Notes under the pieces: generated by a model
The model's input: the letters and a program-made list of their open reading frames with translations, nothing else
Told to the model about the DNA's origin: nothing
The model's database searches: none
Program-made: the position numbers and the translations under genes
In this document: positions 24,478 through 33,700 of the stretch, piece by piece
Numbering within the stretch: position 1 is the first letter of the stretch
How the letters are laid out: each line of letters starts with the position of its first letter
From: Candidatus Magasanikiibacteriota bacterium
Lineage (GTDB): Bacteria; Patescibacteriota; Patescibacteriia; Magasanikbacterales; UBA922
Length of the DNA stretch: 51,247 bases
Reading direction: 5' to 3'
Assembly (NCBI GenBank): GCA_018061685.1
Contig: JAGOTR010000003.1
Coordinates: 1 to 51,247 of the forward strand

Positions 24478-24510
24478 ACGGTGAAAAAATCTTCTTTTCA
24501 CCGTTTTTTT
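24478..24510 (+). terminator. Intrinsic terminator after the 1651-aa gene
   Basis: ACGGTGAAAA-AATCTTC-TTTTCACCGT followed by T7. Confidence 0.8.
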
Positions 24511-24590
24511 ATTTGCGTATTTTGTGTTCTGCCTTTATACTATTGATGTATGGAGAGAAATTGAACTCTCTATTTTGATAGTGTATTCGT

Positions 24591-25706
24591 ATGGATAGCG
24601 TGTCGCTTATTTCACAATTAGATGCATTGCAGCAAAAAATAGATAGCCTTGGGCCTATTCTTCAGCTTGATACAAAAAAACAAACGATTGCTCTGCTTTC
24701 AGAAAAAGTGGCTGATCCAGCATTTTGGTCTGATCCTACCGAGGCAACTCGGGTGAGTAAAGAATTGGCGGACCTTCAGTCAGAGGTAACGCTGTTTATG
24801 AAGGTGGAGCAGCAAATAAAAGATCTTTCCGACATGGCTGTACTCCCAGACGTCGCCACTTCTGCTGAATTGGAATCATCACTTTTTTCTGAATATATGA
24901 CACTTCGAGAAGAGGTAAAACGACTCGAAGTGCAAACACTGCTTTCTGAAAAATATGATGCTTCTCCCGCAATTGTTTCTTTTTATGCGGGGGCCGGCGG
25001 AACAGAAGCGCAAGATTGGACAGAAATGCTTATTCGTATGATTTTGAGATATGCCGAGAAAAAAAATTGGAGTGTGAGCCTCATTGATGAGTCCCGGGGC
25101 CAAGAGGCAGGAATAAAATCTGCGACCTTTCGTATTGTTGGTCGATATGCATACGGCTATTTACAAAGTGAACATGGGACGCATCGGTTAGTGCGTATTT
25201 CTCCATTTGATGGTGAAAAAATGCGTCATACATCGTTTGCTTCAATAGAAGTAATTCCCGAGGTAGAACATGCGGATTTAGTTATCCCCGAAAAAGAGTT
25301 GCGGGTGGATACGTTTATGGCTGGTGGAAATGGTGGACAAAGTGTGAATACCACATATTCGGCCGTGCGTATTGTTCATATCCCAACCGGGATTATGGCC
25401 CAGTGTCAAAATGAAAAATCACAAATTCAAAACAGACAAACGGCATTAAAAATTTTATATTCTCGTTTACAACAAAAAAAAGAAGCCGAAGAAGAAGCTG
25501 AACGGTTGGCACTTCGAGGAGAACGCCGAGAAGCCGAATGGGGGAATCAAATTCGTTCGTATGTGCTTCATCCGTATAAATTAGTCAAAGATGTCCGCAC
25601 AAAATATGAATCAGCAGATCCTGATACTGTATTAGCCGGAGAGTTAGAGGGGTTTAGCGAAGCGTATTTGGTGTGGAAATCTGAACAACGTCATCATAGT
25701 GTATAA
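24591..25706 (+). CDS. prfB: Peptide chain release factor 2, encoded in a single frame
   Basis: 371 aa. RF2-specific SPF tripeptide (RISPFDGEK) and GGQ motif (AGGNGGQSVNTTYSAVRIVHIPTG). There is no internal in-frame stop near codon 25. Confidence 0.95.
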   Translation: MDSVSLISQLDALQQKIDSLGPILQLDTKKQTIALLSEKVADPAFWSDPTEATRVSKELADLQSEVTLFMKVEQQIKDLSDMAVLPDVATSAELESSLFSEYMTLREEVKRLEVQTLLSEKYDASPAIVSFYAGAGGTEAQDWTEMLIRMILRYAEKKNWSVSLIDESRGQEAGIKSATFRIVGRYAYGYLQSEHGTHRLVRISPFDGEKMRHTSFASIEVIPEVEHADLVIPEKELRVDTFMAGGNGGQSVNTTYSAVRIVHIPTGIMAQCQNEKSQIQNRQTALKILYSRLQQKKEAEEEAERLALRGERREAEWGNQIRSYVLHPYKLVKDVRTKYESADPDTVLAGELEGFSEAYLVWKSEQRHHSV

Positions 25707-25709
25707 TAT

Positions 25710-26321
25710 ATGCAAATTATTTCTTCTGAACAAGTAGATATTTCATCTATCGTTGCCGCACTCAAGTTGGGTAGTACGTTGGTGTATCCAACAGAAACCT
25801 GCTATGGATTAGGGTGTGATGCAACGCAAGAAACCGCCATAGAACAGGTATTTGCTATCAAAAAAAGACAGCAAGAAAAATCTGTCTTGGTTATTTTTCC
25901 AGATATTACAATGGCAAAACAGTACGTAGAATGGAATCCGACTATTGATACGATTGCTACCAAATATTGGCCAGGTCCTGTGACGGTTGTTTCGCGTGTA
26001 TTGTCACCTGGTATTCTTCCTCAGGGAGTTGTTTCTCTTTCTGGAACTATTGCTTTTCGCGTCAGTAGTCACCCACTCGTACAAGAAATAAGTGCGGCGC
26101 TTCAAAAACCATTAGTATCAACATCTGCAAATATTTCTGCTCAAGCAAGCCCCTATGATATTGAGTCTGTGGTTGGTATGTTTGCAAACGAACTTGATCA
26201 GCCAGATATTATTATTGATGGGGGTAATTTACCACATCGTGCGCCTTCAACTATTGTTGCGGTACATTCAGATGAGCGTATTGAAATTCTTCGTCAAGGA
26301 GATATGGTAATAGACGTATGA
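25710..26321 (+). CDS. tsaC: L-threonylcarbamoyladenylate synthase (YrdC/TsaC type)
   Basis: 203 aa. Motifs GSTLVYPTETCYGLGCDA, FAIKKRQQEKSVLVIF, LVSTSANISAQ. The stop overlaps the next start (ATGA at 26318-26321). Confidence 0.85.
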   Translation: MQIISSEQVDISSIVAALKLGSTLVYPTETCYGLGCDATQETAIEQVFAIKKRQQEKSVLVIFPDITMAKQYVEWNPTIDTIATKYWPGPVTVVSRVLSPGILPQGVVSLSGTIAFRVSSHPLVQEISAALQKPLVSTSANISAQASPYDIESVVGMFANELDQPDIIIDGGNLPHRAPSTIVAVHSDERIEILRQGDMVIDV

Positions 26322-27139
26322 TTCATTCGCCAAAAGAATTAAAAGAATTATGTGCCAAGTATAGCCTGACCCCATCAAAGCAGTATGGACAGCATTATTT
26401 AATTTCTGAAACGCCCATACACAAAATGGTGGAGGCTGCGGGCATAGAACCGGGGGATACGGTGGTAGAAGTTGGTCCTGGCTTTGGTATTTTAACCACT
26501 GCCGTAGCAGAAAAAGCGGGGCGTGTTATGACTTTTGAAATAGAAAAAAAATTAGCCCCATATTGGGAGGTCATGGGTAAAACATACCCGAATGTAGAGG
26601 TCATTTGGGGAAATGTGCTGACTCAGTTTGACCGGTATGCGCATACATTTCCACCAGAATATATTGTGGTTGCAAATTTACCCTATCAAATTACGTCACA
26701 AGCGATTCGTATTTTTTTAGAATCTGCACACCCCCCAAAGCGAATGGTGGTAATGATCCAAAAAGAAGTTGCCGAGCGTATTGTAGCCAAACCATCAGAT
26801 ATGAGTGTCCTCTCGGTGTCGGTACAGTATTTTGGTACGCCTCGTATAGTTACCAAAGTGTCGGGTGGTTCATTTTGGCCCATTCCCAAAGTGGATTCTG
26901 CCGTGATTGCCATTGACCATATTCATGCGCAGCCAAAGAGTGAAGAATTTTTTCGCATCGTTCGTGCCGGCTTTCATAATAAACGAAAGCAACTGTGGCG
27001 AAATCTCGCAGATGCTTTGTCTATCCCAAAAGAAAGGGTACAAGAGGTACTTTTGCAAGTAAAACAGAATGAAAAAGTAAGAGCCGAAGAAGTGAGTGTG
27101 GAAGAGTGGCGGCGAATTGTGGAATTATTGTCTGAGTAA
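26318..27139 (+). CDS. rsmA: 16S rRNA (adenine1518/1519-N6)-dimethyltransferase RsmA/KsgA
   Basis: 273 aa. Motifs KQYGQHYL, TVVEVGPGFGILT, VVANLPYQITS. Confidence 0.9.
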   Translation: MIHSPKELKELCAKYSLTPSKQYGQHYLISETPIHKMVEAAGIEPGDTVVEVGPGFGILTTAVAEKAGRVMTFEIEKKLAPYWEVMGKTYPNVEVIWGNVLTQFDRYAHTFPPEYIVVANLPYQITSQAIRIFLESAHPPKRMVVMIQKEVAERIVAKPSDMSVLSVSVQYFGTPRIVTKVSGGSFWPIPKVDSAVIAIDHIHAQPKSEEFFRIVRAGFHNKRKQLWRNLADALSIPKERVQEVLLQVKQNEKVRAEEVSVEEWRRIVELLSE

Positions 27140-27189
27140 GGAATATCCCGAGTGACAAAATATATTTTGTTCCATATATTTATTATCCT

Positions 27190-27591
27190 ATGACCGTTAA
27201 ATTTTTTTTCAAATCGTTGCTACCACCTATTGTCTTGTTTACACTCCACGTATTCGCGATTGTATTGTTTAATATCTACAGTGTATTTCCCAATTTTGAT
27301 ATTCTCATGCATTTTTTGGGTGGCTGTACGATTGGGATAACCGCTGTCATGTGGTACAGGCAGTTGGTGACTATAGGTATGTTGCCACGTCTTCCTTTGT
27401 GGCTATCGCTTTTTTTTCTTACGGCAATTGTTGCTTTTGTTGCTGTGGGGTGGGAGTGGGCAGAATATCTTGCGGATACCTATTTAGGCACATTCATGCA
27501 GGCAGGACTTCGCGATACCATGGGCGATTTGGCGTTAGGAACATGGGGAGGATTTTTGACAGGGCTAGTGCTCCTGTGGAAAAACAGATGA
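27190..27591 (+). CDS. Hypothetical four-helix membrane protein
   Basis: 133 aa, strongly hydrophobic (LLPPIVLFTLHVFAIVLFNIY, GGCTIGITAVMWY, LWLSLFFLTAIVAFVAVGW, GTWGGFLTGLVLLW). Confidence 0.6.
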   Translation: MTVKFFFKSLLPPIVLFTLHVFAIVLFNIYSVFPNFDILMHFLGGCTIGITAVMWYRQLVTIGMLPRLPLWLSLFFLTAIVAFVAVGWEWAEYLADTYLGTFMQAGLRDTMGDLALGTWGGFLTGLVLLWKNR

Positions 27592-27737
27592 ACCGCTATT
27601 TGACAAAAATAGAAGTATATTGATAGAGTAGCAACATAATTTTTACTAAACGGAGGCTATGAGAGTATTTTATTCTCACAAAGTAAAAACACGAGACTTA
27701 CCGCCTACTTTTGTTTTATTTTTACCGTAATTAATTT

Positions 27738-27761
27738 ACCACGCTCAGCGTGGTTTTTTTT
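27738..27761 (+). terminator. Intrinsic terminator 9 nt upstream of the Rhs start codon
   Basis: ACCACGC-TCA-GCGTGGT followed by T8. Confidence 0.65.
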
Positions 27762-27769
27762 ATTTTTCT

Positions 27770-30700
27770 ATGCTGTACACTTTGTTTCGGAAAAGCCTGT
27801 TTGTCTTTATGGCCGTAATGACGGGTTTTATGCCTGTGGCACCTGTGCTTGCCACCACGGCTCTTGAAAGCAGCTCGGAGAGTACTGAGGTACAATCGCT
27901 TACCTTCACCCCACAAGAAACAATCCCGCCCATAGAAACCGTGACGCTCGAGCCGAGCGGTTTAGAAGAAGACACTATCGAGATACCCTCTCCTTTGACT
28001 ATTGTGCCTGAAGAGATATTGACACCATCATCGCCTGAAGAGCTGACAATAGTATTAGACATACCAACCAGCACAACACCTGATGTGGATACTCTTGTGC
28101 TGCAAGAACAAACAGAGACTTCTTTTTTTGCGACCATACAAGAAACAGTGAGTGATATTGTAACAACCGTAGAAGAAGCGGTAGAAGAGACTATCGACGA
28201 GGCGGTTCAATTTTTTTCATACGCATGGTATAGCACTGTAAATTCTTTGAGTGGATTACCTCCAGAACTCCCAGAAGAAGCATTCAACGTGGTTGACTCG
28301 GTCACCGATGTGGCCTATTTGCCAGATGGAAAGCATGTATATCGTGAATTTTTGTCTCCTCGATTTTTGTACCATGAGAATGGACAGTGGAAAGCACGCC
28401 CTGCTGATTGGCATGCGTTTTCCGAAATAACAGAATCACAACTAGCACCAAATACTCAAGGCTATTCATACCAAGCCCCAGGAGAAACAGCATTGACTAT
28501 TGGTGCAGGCACGCTCTCTGTCGGCACACAGGATATTTCGCCAGGTCAAGCTAATTTTTCTCAATATGAAAAAAATGGGTATACCGTGAGTGCCTATGAA
28601 GGAGTGTACCCAGGCATTGATGTGATATTTCAAGATTCAAGCGTGCTTCGACAACGAAGTATTGTGATTCACGAAACGGCAGGGCGATCGTTTACCAACG
28701 ATGTGACATTTTGGGAAGAGTATGTGATTCCGGCAGGAACAGTGGTTCGCACGAGTAGTGGTGAAGCCATTAGTGACAGTCGTGATATCACTGGCGATCA
28801 TGTGAGCTTTGAGTTACCAAGTGGATTTGTGTTTGGTGTGAGTGACGCGATTGTGTTTGATGCGTCGGCACAAACACCAGACGAGATCGATATTTCACCG
28901 TCCCTTGAAACCGTTTCTTCTCGTATTGAAATTGATTCGGCAAGCGGTATCGCACGAATTGGTCTTACTATTCCAGCGACGTATTTGCAAGACGCGGTAC
29001 GAAAATATCCGGTGACGATTGATCCGAATTATTATTTTTGTCAAACGGCTACGCCACATTCAGTAGAACAATTGCCAGGTGTGCAATGTTCTGGTGGAAT
29101 TACTGATCTTTATTTACGATATTTGGCGAGTCGAGAAACCGGCACGGGGGATTTATTTTTGGGGTATTATAGTGGAGATCCTGCGGGTCCAGCAACACGC
29201 CAGCCTGTGGTAAAATTTTCTTTGGCAGCTATTCCTGCTGGTCATCAAATAACGAGTGCGTCATTACAACTATATAAGAGTAGAAATGGGCTTGGCAATT
29301 TTAATGGTGATATCAATACTATTGCTCGAAGAATTACGGTCGATTGGAATATCAACAATGTGACCTATCAACTCATCCGCCCAGGATTGGTGAATTTGGG
29401 TCAGAGTGTTGTGCAAACAGGAGTCAACGGGTGGTATGTGTGGTCTGTCACTGCTGCTGCACAAAGTTGGTATGCTACACCGCTTCAAAATTATGGTCTA
29501 TTAGTTGAACCAACTCCTGCTTGGAATGCTGGTGCTGTCCCCGCATGGCCAAATAGGCTTGCTATTTTTAGCTCCTCACGAAATGGTGATACAAATGGAC
29601 CATACTTGTTGGTGCAGACACAAGTGGCACAGCCGGATTTACGAATACAAAATAATGCTATTGATGATACTACTGTCACGCCAGGTCAAGTAGTGAATCT
29701 TTCTCTTGACGTCATAAATAGTGGCAACGCTGCGACAAATCAGCAAGGGAGTGTGTATTATTATTTCAAGAAAGATAGTCGTCTCTATGAGGAACAGTAT
29801 CGTGTTGGGTCGGACACCTATCCGGGACTCGCTGTGAATACATTTTCGTCAGAGACATTTCAATTTACCATTCCTGCAGGGGCAGAACCCGGAACATATT
29901 ATTTGTATTCTTTTGTGGATCCTACGGGATTATTTGTTGAAAGTAATGAAAATAATAACACGGCGTTTCATACGATTACTGTGTCAAGTCCCAATTTACC
30001 CAACTTGGTGCCTGAACAAAATGCCGTCGATGACAACACCGTATTTACCGGTCAACAAGTGACGGCAAGTACACGAGTATTTAATCGTGGTGCTGCGGGT
30101 GCAGGGAATACGTCTGTCTTGCGATATTATTTATCTACCAATCAAACATACGACGCAAATGATACCTATCTCAATCAACAAGACACTGTTGATAATTTAG
30201 CTGTAGGTGCAAGTAATTTTGAGTCGGCACTTGTGACTATTCCAAATGTTGCGGCAGGAACATATTACATTTTGTTCCGTGCGGATTATGATAATCAAAT
30301 TCCAGAATCAAATGAAAATGATAATGTAGGGTTTGTGCAAGTAACCGTCTCTATCCCTATTGATCCGCTTGAGCCAAATAATACGTCAGGGACAGCAACA
30401 AATTTGGGTGCACTGGTAAATTACAATAATAATCAAACATTGCTCACTGCTGGCGATCAAGATTGGTTTGTATTTCGTTATAATAATCAAAATTATTATG
30501 TGAAAGTTGCTGGGCTTAATGCAAACACTGCTGGTGATTACAATGTTTCTTTTTCTTTGGTAGGGAATAGACTCACTGCTGAGACGCTTCGACGAACAGG
30601 TGGCACAGACACGACCCTTACTCTCTATGGTCCTGATTTATTACAGTTAGACTACAATGACGATGTTGATAATACACTCTTCTCTCGTATTGTGTACGAT

Positions 30701-33700
30701 TTACCACTCGGCGGATATTGTGGTGGACAGTGCGGTGGTGGTGGCAATCCTCCACCGAGCGAAAATTTACCTGACCAAGATAATGATACATTTGCCGACG
30801 TAGAAGAAGCCTATGGTGGAACGCCAATTCAAAACCCAAATCAAAGGGCAAGTCTCTATAACATTGGGAATCCCGTGCTCTACTCAAAAGTTGCCGACAA
30901 AACAGCAAACAATTATGGCGCCGACCCAGTCAACTTGCGTACTGGTTCATTTGAATTTATACAACAAGATTTTGTACTTTCTGGCCGAGGTGTCCCAATT
31001 GAATTTACGCGTACCTACAACAGTTTAGTAACAGACAAAGATTCTCGCCTTGGGAATGGCTGGGATTTTTCACAAAACTTTTTTTACTACCAAGATCCTG
31101 ACACGGGCAATGTGCAAATATATTTTGGTGGGTCACGTGTCTCATCATTTAGTTCAAACGATGGGGGACAAACATTTGTTGCCGAAAAAGGAAACTTCGA
31201 TACATTGTTTTGGGAGAATAATGCAATTGTCTACCGCACACTCGAAGGCATTCGGTATGAATTTACCAATCGCTTAACGAGTCAATTAGGTATTTTGGAA
31301 CGCATTCGAGATACCAATGGCAATGTGACCGAATTTACCTACATGGTTCGCCGTGATGTGCCACTTATTACACAAATTCGTGATGCATCTGGTCGTGTGG
31401 TTGAATTTACGTATGGCGCAGAAGATGCTGCAAACTGGCAACGTATTGAGTCACTTCGCGAACGAGCCAACCAAAATCAAGCAGAACAACGTGTAATTCT
31501 TTTTACATACAATGGTTCTGGCAATTTAATTCGAGTGCGTGACAACAAATCATTTGAAGGCGTTACTGAAACGAGTGACAGACAATATGCGTATGATGCC
31601 AATAATCGATTAACACAATATACCGATCCACGGGGAACTATTTTATACAACGAATACGATGCAAATGGGCGAGTCATTCGTCAACGAGAATATAATCCAC
31701 GTGTTGACGCTGCTGGCAGTTCTCGCTTGGTATGGGAATTATCATACGCCGGCGGAAGAGGCGACGCACCGGGCAGTGTTGCCTGTACGACCGTTACCTA
31801 TCACCGAAGTGCTGCGAGTAGCTATACCGAAGTCAGTTGTTTTAATGCCGACGGCTTAAAAGTATTTTTTCAAGATGGAGCAGGCGCAAGTGAAAAGTGG
31901 ACATACGACAATAATGGTATGGCTCAAACATACCAAGATAAAAATGGAAATACTACCAGCTATACTCATGACGCTCGTCGTCGTTTGACGCTCGAGGTGT
32001 TGCCAGAAACGGCATGGTACACCGAAGTGGCCTATGCGTATGAAAATAATTTTAATCGCCTTGTTCGTGCAACAGAGCGATATCGCGCTGCCAACGCTCC
32101 CGAAGATCCACTCCAACTCCGTGAAAAACAATTTTTGTATGACAATGAGCATGGGAATCTTACCGAAGCACGAGATTATTTGGGTCGAGCAGAATTTTTT
32201 GCCTACGACCAATATGGTAATGTGATTCAGTTTACCAACAAAAATGGACATATAACATCCTACGTCTACGACGCACAAGGCAACTATCGCATTCGAGAGT
32301 CCATACAAGCACAAGTGTTAGATGGCGAGGATATGAATGTGGTGAAGAGCTATCAATATGATCCGTATGGCAATGTGACGGTGTATACCGACCCTGCCGG
32401 TGGATTATGGCAATATGCGTATGACACCCGAAATAATCTTCGTCGCACCGTTGATCCCTTGGGTGCTGTTCGTCAGTACCGCTATGACGCCGAAGACAAC
32501 AAAATACAAGAAATAAACGAGCGTGGCTTTATTACCAATTATGTGTACGATCAAGATATTGAAGCATCTCTTTTGTCTATTGAACAAGTCGGCGCAAATG
32601 GTGACGCATCGCGCATCACTCGTTTTGAACGAGATTATTTAGGTACACTGGTCAGAGAAATTGATCCACGTGGCAACGCAACCGTGTATACACATAACGG
32701 AGCCAATTTGTTGACGCAAAAACAAATGCCACAAGATACGATTGTGTATGCATATGATGGTGTGGGCAATGTAATCCGCGAAACAAATAGTTTGGGTCAA
32801 CAAGTTGCGTACCAATATGATGCCCGCAATAAACGAACACAATCACAAACGCAATCAGACGCTGGGTTAGTGACGGTGACAACGCAATATGATGCATTTT
32901 CTCGACCTATCTTGGTGACAGATCCAAATAATAGCGTTCATGGCTACACCTATGACGCTATGGATCGAGTGGTAAGTGAGGTGGACGCATTGGGTGGTGT
33001 GACAAGTTATACCTATGACGCCATTGGTAATAAACGAAGTGTGTTATTGCCTCGTGCACAAGCAGACCTTGCACTTCGTAACGCACAAGGAAATTCTGTG
33101 ACGTATGAATATGACAGTCTTCGTCGATTAGTTCGAGAAACCAATGCAGACAATAAACAAACGTTGTATTTTTACGATACCAGAGGAAATTTGATTCGTA
33201 CAATTGACAGACAAAATGCAAATGGGACAGACAATACGCATGTAACAACGTACACGTATGACGCGGTAAACAGAAATATAACCAAAACCATGCCCGAAGG
33301 CGGGGTGACACAAATGGAATATGACGGAGTAGGCAACATGACACGCATGACCGACGCCATGAATCGTGCAACGGTGTATGGCTACGACACGTTTAATGCA
33401 CAAAAAACAGTGACCGATGCCGCAGGAAATCAAACCGCATTTACCTTCGACACGGCTGGCAATGTCACACGAACAACGTATCCAGATAATACGAGTGTGT
33501 CTGTGGTGTATGACACTGCGAACAGACCAATACAGGTGACCGATGCCGACAATAATACCGAAGTCACTACGTATGATTCTTCAAGCAATGTTGTTGCACT
33601 TCAAAATAGACGGGGAGAAATAACAACGTTTGTCTATGATGCATCAAATCGCCTTATTCGTGAAACCAATCCACAAAATACTGCGACACTCTATACCTAT

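Noticed and set aside
24591-24700. Programmed +1 frameshift site in prfB
   Set aside because: The N-terminal region reads through without an in-frame stop, and there is no CUU UGA-type site.
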